Notes: generated by a model not told the origin, from the letters alone. Positions 47,503 to 58,805 are shown, counted from the first letter of the stretch. The stretch is 64,000 nucleotides of DNA from Entomortierella parvispora E1425 (GCA_020891255.1 BQFW01000004.1:1922001-1986000); one strand, 5' to 3'. Translations and numbers: made by a program.

Positions 47503-47810
47503 TTGAGAATCGCTAGAGAATAAACCATTTTGAAACGTGCTGCTGACGATGCGATGGTATTGATGAAAAGTTTGATGCACGGCAAAGCGATTGCAGAATG
47601 TTTGGGCGAAAAAGGGAAGGCAAAGCAGGGGTATTGTTAATCGACATAGGGGGCTTGAGAATCGCTAGAGAATAAACCATTTGAAACGTGACGCTGACGA
47701 TGCGATGGTATTGATGAACAGTTTGCTGCAGGGCAAAGCGATTGAAAACAGAAAGTTTGAGCAAAAAAGGGAAGGCAAAGCAGGGGTGTTGTTAATCGAC
47801 ATGGGGGGGG
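47503..47810. repeat. Tandem duplication of a ~152 bp unit (2 copies)
   Basis: TTGAGAATCGCTAGAGAATAAACCATTT..CTGACGATGCGATGGTATTGATGAA..GGGAAGGCAAAGCAGGGGT.TTGTTAATCGACAT.GGGGG starts at 47503 and 47655. Confidence 0.92.
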
Positions 47811-48016
47811 ACTCACTTTTCCCCTTTTCTTCTCCATCTCCATCTCTTTCCTCGTTCTTTTTCTCCCTTCCTCACTTCCGCAGACCCTAACAAACACACC
47901 CTACCTCCCTCCACAAGGTACAAAAAAAACTGATCTTGTCACGATATGAACCCTCATCAATCATGAATCTCTAATTGTACATTTACCTTCCCCCAATCCT
48001 TTCCTCTATTCCTCAG

Positions 48017-49114
48017 ATGTCTGAAGACCACTGCAGTACCTTCGACCAGGGGGCATCTCTCATTCTTCATCTGTCTCCAGAGCTGATGTTCTTACGAGAT
48101 TATCTAGGCCGCCATTTGGACGATCTGAAGGAGATTCTCAACCTGCGCGAGCTTTTCGTTTTAATGAGAGCCAAAGCTGATTACCACGCGGTGATGAGTG
48201 ATTTCTTGGAAGTTGTGAGCAAGTACGTTGGCGATACGCTCGAGGGGCTACTCGAAATTGTTGCCAATCTCTCCGAACACGTGGAAATATATGATTGTGA
48301 ACTCCCTGACTTCATCCTTCGTGCAAATATCACGCTTCAAGGAATTGACGATTTCAGTAACAAGGTCCAGGGCCATGTTGACCGACAGACTGCCGCCTGC
48401 GAGGACGTGGCCGCACTTTCCTTACGGATGAGGGACCTCATAAAGGAGTATTTAGAAAATATCGACACCCACACAGAGAAATCTACAACTTTGCGCATAA
48501 CCTCCATCGGTCTTGCTTTATTGGGCACTGTCACGGTTGGTATTTGTTTCACGCCATTGGCCATAGGCCACAGAGCTGTGGTGGGCGCTGCCGCCCTCGT
48601 GGCTGGAGGTGGTGGTACCATTGGGTGCGAAGCCATTGCTCAGCATGACCAGCGCAAGGCCAAAACCTACGCCAACGCGATCGCTAGACTCGTCGAAGCT
48701 CAAGGATACAACGACTCTTTGAAGGAGCACATGCTTGCAATCCTTCAAAAGTTGAAGAAGAGCAAGAGACATCTCGAGAAGCTTAAAGAAGAAACAACGA
48801 GAGCCATGCCTAGCCAGAGTTCTGACGAGGAAATTGATGCCATTAGTGAAAGGCAGGTGGCTTACCGCCTTGCTCAGAAGGAGGCCATGGAAATTAGAAA
48901 GTTGTGCATTGAGATTGGCCAATATGCTGGAACTATCGAAACCCTGCGAGTGGAGGTGAAGGTCAGACGGCAGAAGTTTAACAGCTTTGAGGGCAAAGAA
49001 GAGAAGAGCGGCAAACTTAAACAGATTGTCTGCCATGAAGAAGAAGACGGGCAGGAACAGCTTACCATCTGTGAGGGACGCAAGCTGATCACTCACAAGG
49101 AGAAAGAAGAATAA
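48017..49114 (+). CDS. Hypothetical all-helical protein with a central Gly/Ala-rich hydrophobic hairpin and coiled coils (possible alpha-pore-forming or membrane-active protein)
   Basis: A 365-aa ORF from ATG 48017 with no introns. The segment IGLALLGTVTVGICFTPLAIGHRAVVGAAALVAGGGGTIG is flanked by heptad-like helices. Confidence 0.7.
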   Translation: MSEDHCSTFDQGASLILHLSPELMFLRDYLGRHLDDLKEILNLRELFVLMRAKADYHAVMSDFLEVVSKYVGDTLEGLLEIVANLSEHVEIYDCELPDFILRANITLQGIDDFSNKVQGHVDRQTAACEDVAALSLRMRDLIKEYLENIDTHTEKSTTLRITSIGLALLGTVTVGICFTPLAIGHRAVVGAAALVAGGGGTIGCEAIAQHDQRKAKTYANAIARLVEAQGYNDSLKEHMLAILQKLKKSKRHLEKLKEETTRAMPSQSSDEEIDAISERQVAYRLAQKEAMEIRKLCIEIGQYAGTIETLRVEVKVRRQKFNSFEGKEEKSGKLKQIVCHEEEDGQEQLTICEGRKLITHKEKEE

Positions 49115-50082
49115 ACGAATAAACAGCCTTCACGCCATGAGAATGATTAAACTCAATTCGGAACAGAGAGAACGCGAATCCTTTTTTTTTTTTTTTGTCG
49201 CGTCGCGTGTTGTCTGACTTTGCTGCAATTCCCGTCAATGGGTCGACAGAGCGATATGGGAGCTTGCCGTATAGCACAGAGGATGTAGTAAGCCAGGCAA
49301 TTTGTGTGATATGCAGTTACCTTGTCGTTTTTATGTCCCACACTCACCCCACAGCTCTGATTTTTGTTCCCCCAATATCACTCATGAGCAAAACCGGTGT
49401 CCCTGAGCGGAGGTCGACCCTTTTGCTCTCTCGTTTTTTTTTTTTTTTTTTTTTTTGCGGGCTAATCCATGGGAGCCCATGGGAGCGATATGGGCTTGCG
49501 AGAAGAAACTCATTCCTCTGGGTGAACCATTGACTTGAACCAAGTTCATTTGTCCACGAGCAGTAAAGCGTCCAAAGTGTGGATGTGGCCCGCTAACCTC
49601 TTGAATCCTGCTGCGGTTAAAGGGTCCAAGAATCCTTCCTCTCCTTTGCTGCTATGGTGTTGTGGGCGCTGTCTACATTTTTCCGCCATAGGAGTAGCAA
49701 ACAAATTGACGCGCGCAAGCAGGGAAAGAGCCCTCTGCCGTGTGTGCTCCTCGCTGCCAGCGCACAGTTGGACGGCATGTGGACAGATAGGACACTGGAG
49801 CATTGTGGCCACATCGCACCATCAACAGGTTCTGGTCTGGACTACTGGACTGGGCTCTTTTGGCCTGTTCCGGTCCAGACCACAGCGGACTGTGCCACCA
49901 TGGAGCATTTGGTGTCTTTGTTGGACCGCAGGCTGCAGAAAGACCCGGTGCTCTCAACTTCCACTGCCTAATTTTCACCCCCCTGGACTTTTTTTTTGTC
50001 AACCGCCAATAAATAAAAACCTGATGGAGGGGAATGACAGTTCTTCATTCATTTCACCCTCATTCACATCTCCATCTTCACA

Positions 50083-50725
50083 ATGGCCAACAACAGCAAT
50101 GACCCTCGGTTTAACAACGGTCGTCCAGGGTTTGGGCCAGGCCAGGTCCCGCCGTTTATCGATCCCCGCAATCCCAACCAGAACAACCATAATAACGCGT
50201 TTCCAGGCCAGCAACAGCCTCGATACCCGATCCCACCTATCCGCTTCCCTGGTCAACCGCCTCAGCCTTTCCCTGGCGCGCCTCCACCCATTGGTGGTCC
50301 TCGACCAGTCGGTGGTCCCCCCATGGTCCATCAGCCAGGCCAATACCAAAACGTGCACCAGCAATTTATGAACCAGCAGCACGGCCACTTCCCTCAGCAA
50401 TTGCCCACGGGTCAAGCCTTCCACAACCTGGTCCACAGCCAAAACATGGTCCACAGCCAAAACATGAATATGTATCCCGGCCGAACCAGCAGCGGTAACA
50501 GCTCCCCAGTCGCTAGTCCAACGCAGCCACAGCATCAGCAGCAGTTTCCGCAATCGCCTACAAGTCCCTCACGGACAGCACCTAGTCGCAACCTACCTCC
50601 CATCCCTGTCGAGCGTCAACCCTCTCCCAAGGGTGAGAGCGAGAGTTATGTCTCGGTCGCGCAATCCATTGACGAGAGTATCGCTATGGCTAACAAGTAC
50701 AGTAAGAGCGGCGACAGCGACAGCG

Positions 50726-50770
<45 letters not shown>

Positions 50771-53700
50771 GCAACAGCAACAGCGGCGAGACTGAAAAGA
50801 GTGATGATCACCAATCTCTGCATTCAGGATTCAGAGAAGTTCGTGATACCGTGGAAGCCCTTCGAGTGGTTGAAGTCGAGCAGTCTCTTATTGAAAAGAC
50901 ACTCCACAAGGGTGTTGATATGGCTGTGATGGCCTCGACTACTGCTACAACAGGAGAGTCGTATATGACGCAAGGTGTCACCCTTGCCAACAAGATCCTC
51001 GATGGCAAGGCTCAAGCGATTGTGAGCAGGATCCAGGAAAACCCTGCTCTTGGTCACCTTATCCAATTGGCGGACAAGCTTGTTGACATTGGCAAGGCCG
51101 TGCCCTTCATCGCCCCAGCTTTTGTGATTCTGAAGGTACATCACAGACCCGACTGAGTCCCTGGCTCTGTTGCCATCATCTTTATTTTACAATCGTTTTA
51201 ACGTTTTCATTTGATGCATGTTAATTTTAGATTATTATCGACGTGGAGAAGAAGGCCAGAGATGCGGACGCCAAGTGCACAGATCTTTTGGAGCGCATCA
51301 ACTTTATGGTCAGCAACATCACAGTTTTGGAAAAGGTCAAGGCGATCGATCCTCTCGTTGCCGTGATCGAGAAGATGAACAGCATTTTGAAGAGCGCCGC
51401 AACCCTGATTCAGACCTACCGCAAGCAAGGTGCCATTGCTAGAAGACTGAACATGTCCAATAGCGCAAACTTTACTGGCATGGCCGAAAAGATATCAAGC
51501 TGCTCCCAGGATTTGATGCTCAGTCTACAAATTCAGCAAACTGGAGACATTTCCATTCTCACCCGAGGTGTACCCCAAGATCAGCAGGACGTGGAAGCCC
51601 AACAGTTTGTCATGTCCCATGGTGGTCAGGATGCTGTTAAGGTAAGGAGCTCGAGCACTTGTGTCGCTTGCATGGAGGGAAATCCATTATATTAACACTC
51701 ATTGCTCTGCCTCTTACACGGAACAATAGCACAACCCAGAGTTGGTCGAAGAATACGCCAAGAAAATGCAGTTGACGATGAGCGATCAAGTCATGGAGCA
51801 AATGCAATGCAGTATGGAAGATCTGTTGGGAGAGAATCAATCCCGTATCGAGGCTCTGATGTTGGAAAACTCGAGCAATACTGTCGCCATGACGATCAAG
51901 GCCATGGCAAATGAAGCTCGTGAGCAGGAGGCGGAACAACGCCTCACCTGCCTTCAGTGCGACAAGGAGTACCGCGAATCGGGCAATGGACCTCAGGCTT
52001 GTTCCTTCCACAAAGCCACTGAGATTGAGGGCTCTTTCTCGTGCTGCGGCAACAGAGCTGGCTGCACGTTCTCGAACCATAGATCGGCCCATCATTGCGA
52101 ATACCCCTACACCAACTTCTTCAAGTTTGCCTCTGCCATTCTTGGATACACGGATACAAGAGACGAGTGGCTCGCGCTCGAAGAGCAGGATCTCATGACG
52201 AACGGGTACCAACGCGCCTCTGTCGCCAAATTGATCCGCTGGCGTTCTCATATCGAGAGACTCTCCAAGAACATGATGGTGATTCATGTCGGTCGTATCG
52301 CTTTCGACTCGCCTTACTACTTTCAAGTGTTTGATCTGGAAGCGATGAAGAAAGCAAATGCAAAGGTTCAGAGCACAGGGGCGACACTGATCTTCAGGAG
52401 CGACAAGTCTGAAGAGACCTTTTCCATGGCAGAGTGGACCTTGGATGGGTCTGGCACCATCAACGGTGTGAAGTTGACTGTCAAAGTAGCGACAAGCGAC
52501 ATTGCCAGTGTGAGTGTGGCGCCAATCGATATCGAGACTGTGACCTTGTCGGGTGACGTAAAAGTCATCTCCAAGGCAAAGTTCACGGTATACAAGCCTG
52601 CAGAGTCATACAAATTCCCGGAAACCATTCACAAAGGACATATACTTAGAGCCAAGCCTCTTCGCAAGGTCAGAGAGTTCAAGGCCAAGACCAGTTTGCC
52701 TCTCGTGGCAATTCCACAGGGTCCTATGGTTGCCAATACAGAGGGACAATTCGTCCGCAACAACGCCGAGAAATTCCAAGGTCGCCTTCGATTCTTCAAC
52801 AAGGCACCTCCAACAGGCCACACCTTCGTAACCTTGGCTAGTGCAAAAGCCGAGTTTCGCTTGGTGGGAGATGAGGAATATCAAGAAGTCGAGTCTTTGA
52901 CTCTGGGGGACGTCAAGTTCCCAGCCGCGCTTGGACCAACACAGACACTTGATATTCCATTTGAGGCGATCGTTAAGCGCACTCCTGAGCAGGCAAGCCT
53001 GAGGCAGAACTGCTGGGGTTACGCCATGATCGCTATTCATCGTCCAGCCCGTGTGCGATTGACGTTCAAGGACATTGAAGGAGAGGAGTTCGTTTTGGTT
53101 CAAGAGTATATCTACAATCCCAGAGGTTTAGCCGTCCAAGAACCCACAGACTTGCTCTTTTTGCATATGGATAACGAGGTGGACGGTTCTCGTTCAGTAG
53201 TCCGAGTCAAGAAATCAGAGGGTGACACTATTGTGAACGTCAATTCAACCAATTACACGGCTGAGGCACTCAACAAGGTCGTCTACAAAGCTGAGCAGGA
53301 AGGAAAGACAGAGGTTGATCTTCAAATTGGGCGGGATGCTGGCCCATACAAGTGGGACGCGTGGGCTTTGGTCGATCTGAACTGTCGTCGTGTTTATGGA
53401 TTCAAGGTTATGTTGAACCCTGGATCAACGAGAGAGAAGAAGAACTCAGCAGCTCTCGGATACGCACCTTGCCCCCTCTACGGAGGTGATGATATGGAGG
53501 AGAGACCCATTCGTTACGCCGAGGAGCACGTCCAGTTCCCAGAGATTGAACCTGCTCCAGAAATCGAAGTCGTGGAAGATGACACTGTGGATGACGAGAA
53601 AGCTGCAGCAACAGTCCAGGCTGTCGTCGCCCCTGTCATGTCAATTGCCACTGCAGCATCATCTTCAGTCTCTGCTGCCATTACGGAAGTTTCCAAGGCA

Positions 53701-53832
53701 ACTAGTTCCCTTGATACGGCCGTATTCTCCGCAAGCATGAGCACTTTGGACAAGAGGCTCGAGTCGTTGGATATTAACGTAGCACGTATGGCTACGGCCT
53801 TGGAGAAGCTCGTTGACATCCTGAGCCATTAA
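50083..53832 (+). CDS. Hypothetical 1188-aa protein: P/Q/N-rich N-terminus, MLKL-N-like four-helix bundle, Cys/His Zn motif, beta-rich C-terminal domain; exons 50083-51135, 51231-51641, 51730-53832
   Basis: Two phase-0 GT-AG introns join three ORFs. Motifs: IGKAVPFIAPAFVILK-IIIDVEKKARDADAKCTDLLERI..LIQTYRKQGAIARRL and CLQCDKEY..N..ACSFH..SCCG..C..H. Confidence 0.8.
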
Positions 53833-54004
53833 GTCCTTCTATTCGTCTTTTATCTTCCATTTTTCTCAAAAATAAAAAAATAAATAACTATTATCAGGCG
53901 CAATTCTCTAAGTTCACATCGTTTAAGATGGTTTATTTCATGCCTTTTTTGTGCGAATGTGCGTAAGTGAGTGCGAGAGGTCCATCACGTTCTCTCCGTC
54001 TTGT

Positions 54005-56107
54005 TTATGATCGAGTGTTGAGGAAGATGGCCATTAGGATCATACCCCCGCCCACGCAGACTAGCATCGCAACTTTGAGAGCCAGCCCGAATCGTTTGTC
54101 CTTTCTCAGTCTAAACATCCCCCGTCCTCCTGCCCTTGGCCCTCCCGCCATAGATGAGGAAGACGATTGGGTCATGGAGTGCATAGAATGACCGAGGAAA
54201 TAAGATGAGTTTGAAGAGGAAGCGCCCCCTCCACCGTGTAGATGTTGTAACGAAGAGCCAAATTCTAGACGACGGCTTCGACCCATCTTGGCTGCTGCTG
54301 AGCGCGTCTGATCCGGATCGCCAAGGAGCATCAAGATGCCGAGCCAGATGTTTTGCAATTGTTCCGAGAGTAGGACGAGCCTCTCATTGTGGGTTTGGTA
54401 CTGATCCAGAACCTGTGCGACCTCGAACGGCTGCATTGGTTCCCGTGAAAGCAGGTTGTTGAGATGACGACTCTTGAGTATCCTGAGCTTGTTTCCTCGC
54501 TGGAGTTCAGTTGGATCCTATTTTTTTTTTTTTTTTTTTTTTTTGCAGTCAGAAACCTGGATTAGCTCATGGGTTGCCACCAATTTTCTTCTTCCGCATC
54601 CAATTCGGCTATTCCATCCATCTCGCGTCCACCCGATGGGTACCTGATAGATGTCCAGTACAAGTTGTGCCCGTTCCTGAAAATGACTTTGGACACTCCA
54701 AAAGGCTACGATTGCGTCCTTGAGCTCGGTCGCAATCTTGACCCGATCCTTTGTTGCCTGTTCCGTCCGCGGCTCTGCTGGAATCTTGTAGATCCGCGGC
54801 CAACATTCCATGGTGAGATCTGTAAATGCTTGTGCTACCATTTGACGCTCTTCTTCTAGGTTCACTGGTGCCTTTTCCTTGCCCTTCATCCTCCTCTTTT
54901 CCTCAGGAGTGGGTGAAGGTGATTTTTCGCCTCGTTCGATCCGATCTTGGTCATCGCCTTTGCCACTGCCACTGCTGTCTTCCTCTTCCGTTTCGTCGTC
55001 TGCATTCCTAGGTTTCCTCTTTTCACTACGCGAAGATAAGAACGACAACCGACTAGATCGAGGTGGTGGTCGATACAGGGTCATGGCCTCCAGAATCTGA
55101 TCGTTTAGTCCCTCTAATTGCTCTGTGTACATGGCCAATTGACGAAAGACAAGCCGAAAGTGTTCGTGATCTAACCAGGGCGTAATATGTTGAGGGGGTG
55201 GTGGTGAAAGTACGGGAGGGGGTGGCGGCCTCGTTGCTTCCAAGGTCACGGCTGAAGCTCCTGTTGGAAGGTCAATGGACGATGATGAGTGGTGGTAGAC
55301 GGAAGCTGGAGGTGTTGCAGCGGTCAGGATCGTCGTTGTTAGACTGTGCCGTGATGTCGCCGTCGAGGGCCTCCGAAGATGTTGTGACACTGCTGGAATG
55401 ATGGTGGGTGTTGTGGATACAAATGAAGGGGTTCCCGATCCTGGAACTGGAACGAATGGACTCTCATCTCCTGGCCGCCTCTGAAATTGTTGCTGCTGAA
55501 GTTGCTGTTGTAGTTGCTGCTCCCTGGGTGTCATGCCTGTTCTAACCTCGATGGGTCGGACTGGAGATGATTGAAGGAGTTTAGCAGCTGCAAGAACAGA
55601 GGCCCTAGTGTGTGCAGAAACAACCTCAGATACAATCTCATCGACAAGTAGTGCAGTGGCCTGGATATGCTCATCACTGTCGTCGTCGTCATCGTTGTCA
55701 GCCTCGTTGCCATTGTCCTCGTCTTCTTCTTCTGACCGGGTGATGCGATCTATGATGACGGATTGTTGTGCGTGGGTGCGACTATCCCTCCGTGAACTGG
55801 TTGCCGATGCTGGTTCTCTGGAGGGAGTGCTGATGGTCTGAACTGGGGTTCGTTTTACTACGGACGCCTTCTTGCCCACTTTCTTTGACAGTTGGTACTG
55901 GGGTGTGATTACGGGAACAGAGAGGGGAGCGTGTATAATGGGAGTAGCTGAGAGTGCAGGTGCAGGTGTGGGTGCGGGTGTTGAGGATTGCCCCGTGTCC
56001 TTCAGACTTTCTGATTCTTCAATGTCGCTTGGACTTGGGTTTTTCTTTAGCTCGGCTTCCTCCGCTGGTGTGAGTCGGCTAGAGATTGCTTTCTTGGACC
56101 TGTCCAT
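54005..56107 (-). CDS. Hypothetical tail-anchored protein with a disordered N-terminal half and helical segments; the 5' end may extend upstream
   Basis: ORFs 56107-54518 and 54436-54005 are probably joined by an intron (IYQ|GTACCC..TAG|DPTELQ). C-terminal TM FGLALKVAMLVCVGGGMILMAIFL is followed by only NTRS. An in-frame acceptor (CTAAC..CAG) lies just upstream of the ATG. Confidence 0.6.
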
Positions 56108-57514
56108 CGAGCAAAGGGGAATGGTCTTTTTAATATACTGGAGTTAGGGTAAGGGCACAGAGCGACTGCAAGCTGGATGGGAGGGGAACAGAAAAAGTGG
56201 GAAAGAAGGGGCGGGGGGTTCGAAAGACGGACGCAGGCTGAGAGACGGGGCAGGCGAGGATATGGTATGCGTTGAACTAGGGTGTATTAGCAGCAGGGAC
56301 TGAAGCCGAGCTCGACAGCGTTCATATCTCTCTTCTCTTTCCAACAATTCTCGGCCCCCTTTTGAATTATAACTCCTTGGCAGCCCAGTTGGAGAGAGAG
56401 GGGAGAGAGAGAGGAGGAACGGATCGGTCAAACGGAACGAGAAGTAGGAGAGTTATAAAAAAAAAAAAAAAAAAAAAAGAGGGAAGCGAGGGGAGGGGGG
56501 TGGGGTGGGTGGAGAATCAAGTCATCCGTGGGCCCGACATTAGACATGTCGACAAGACAGTCAGGCCACAAACACTGGGGGATGAGGATGTGGACATGAA
56601 TTCGAAATGCGGATGAGAGGGATGCGTCTGAAATACTGATCTGAACCAACACCTGGCACTTTTATTTTCGTTGTTCTATTCTGTTCGTGTTTCGCGTTTC
56701 GCGTTCAGGTATTTTGTAGAAAAAAGGGGATTCCCCATTTTGTTCTGTGGAGACCAGGCATGTGCGCTTTGCCTGCCTGCCCTGATTGTCTGTGATGCCT
56801 TATGTTGTGTTGTGTTGCACCTGTGGGTCCATGCAGCCATGCCCGTCGTTTTTTTATCCTTCCTTTTTGCACGCTAGCATCGTTTCGTCGTCACTGCTCA
56901 TCATTGTTGTGAGAAGGCATGTTGCTGCTGTTGGCTGATCGGATCGACCTCACAACAAACAACATATCGTGCCAAGGGTTCCTGTTGGTCCATGGAGAGT
57001 AATGCTGGCAGATGAGGGTACCAAATAAAAAGCTGTTTACTTGCTGCGCCCAGAGGACTCGTGGTGACGGTAACGCATCTGTTTCCTGTTGGTTGGTTAC
57101 ATTGCGGACGGATAGGATCACAACAGAATCATACATTCCCAACCGACGCCACCACTTTTCAGAAGGGATCCAGCTTGGATCAGATCGATCTGACATTCCG
57201 CTGATCTGTCCAGACGTACGAGCTCCTATCTATTGTTCCTGCTCTCGTTCCTGTTCCCTTTCGCCACTCCAGAGTCGTTCCCAACCATGTCTTTCAGTTT
57301 TTTTATGACAGCGCTGCCATAGTTGCCACCAAAGCGACAATTCGCTTTCGAGACCGAATCACCCTTGATGACCCTTGCTACACAGATCTTGATTCTTCCT
57401 TCCCAATAACCTGTTGCGATGCAAGGGAATTCGTGCCTGCAGTCTCCAGCTTGGCCCCACATTTGACTTTGGCCAACCAGAGAGCAGATCCTGCCACCTC
57501 TTACGATGAGCAGG

Positions 57515-57521
57515 TATAAAA
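57515..57521 (+). promoter_or_regulatory. TATA box of the secreted repeat protein
   Basis: TATAAAA lies 94 nt upstream of ATG 57609. Confidence 0.5.
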
Positions 57522-57608
57522 GTTTGCCATGGCCTTCATCAATTCCTGATCCTCACTCGACTCAATTACTCAGCTTTCCCCAAGACCTCAACAACATCCA
57601 TTTCAAAT

Positions 57609-58805
57609 ATGAAGTTTTCCTCCATCCTCTTGATCTCAGCCGCTTTGGCTGTAGTCGCCAATGCCGCGCCTTTGTCTGCCAAGTCCCCCGTCGATATTGA
57701 CACTAGACAGGGTATCCACGTTGCCCTGGCTCCTGTCATCAGCAAGCGCAGCGACAACCCAGACGGAGTTGCGCTTGATCTCATTATCAAGACCTCCGCT
57801 GACCACTACTCAGTCATTGCCCATGCCCGTCTCGATGGTCTCATGAAGGAGATCCAGACCGCCAAGGTCACAAGCGGCAACGAGGACATGCCCAATGAGA
57901 AAAAGTTGCTAACTGTCACCGTCCAGACTCAGATTGACGAGGCCAAGAAGGCATGCAGTCCCGAGGCCCTCCAACCCGTGATTATGGCCACGGTTACAGC
58001 CGACTCTAACTTTGACATTCCTTGGTCCAAGAAGGAGGAGGTCGAGAAGAAGATGGCTGATCTTGATATTGCTATCACCAAGGCCGTCTTGGACCGCATC
58101 CAGGCCACCGTCAACGCCGAGTTGTTGTCCAAGGATTGTACCGAGAAGATGACCAACACTGAGATTGTCCCTGCACCTGCACCTGCTGAGACTCCTGCCC
58201 CTGAAGCACCAGCTGCTGCTGAACCAGCACCAGAGACCGCCGCACCAGCACCAGAGGCCCCAGCCCCAGCACCAGAGACCCCAGCCCCAGCACCAGAAAC
58301 CCCAGCCCCAGCACCAGAGACCCCTGCTCCTGAGCCAGAGACCCCTGCTCCTGAGCCAGAGACTACTGCTCCTGCACCAGAGATCCTAGCATCTGAACCA
58401 GAGACCGCCACTCCTGAACCAGAGACGCCAGCTCCTGCGCCTGAGACTCCTGCTCCTGTGCCCGAGTCCCCTGCCCCCGCGCCAGAGGCATCACCTATCG
58501 CAGTTGCTGCTGCGCCAGAGGCGCCCAAGGACGATAGCGTTCAAGCCGGTATTGATGTTGCGGCGTCAGTCGACAGCAAGTTTGTCTGCAAGACGGGATG
58601 CAAGGACAGTGAGGATGCCCATACAGTGTTGAGCCTTCGTGTCAACCTTGAGAACGAGTTCAAGCCTCGTTTGGACCACTTTTACGATCAGGAGGTGCCA
58701 ACGGCTTGCACCGAGCAGCGCAAGTCTCTCCTCGATGGCGTCCTCAATGCTCTTTCGAGCCTCCACATTAATGTCAATGCGGACGTGAAGAGGGCCAGCC
58801 AGTAG
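57609..58805 (+). CDS. Secreted protein with signal peptide, possible Kex2 site and a central (PAPETPA)n repeat linker
   Basis: Starts MKFSSILLISAALAVVANA-AP, has ISKR at about residue 46, about 12 copies of a 21-nt repeat at ~58170-58500, and Cys-containing helical domains on both sides. Confidence 0.88.
   Translation: MKFSSILLISAALAVVANAAPLSAKSPVDIDTRQGIHVALAPVISKRSDNPDGVALDLIIKTSADHYSVIAHARLDGLMKEIQTAKVTSGNEDMPNEKKLLTVTVQTQIDEAKKACSPEALQPVIMATVTADSNFDIPWSKKEEVEKKMADLDIAITKAVLDRIQATVNAELLSKDCTEKMTNTEIVPAPAPAETPAPEAPAAAEPAPETAAPAPEAPAPAPETPAPAPETPAPAPETPAPEPETPAPEPETTAPAPEILASEPETATPEPETPAPAPETPAPVPESPAPAPEASPIAVAAAPEAPKDDSVQAGIDVAASVDSKFVCKTGCKDSEDAHTVLSLRVNLENEFKPRLDHFYDQEVPTACTEQRKSLLDGVLNALSSLHINVNADVKRASQ

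Noticed and set aside
38683-47810. Direct repeats (135-bp and 152-bp units) considered as CRISPR arrays or LTRs
   Set aside because: The copies are directly adjacent with no spacers or internal region, have no TG..CA ends or target-site duplication, and lie in a eukaryotic context.
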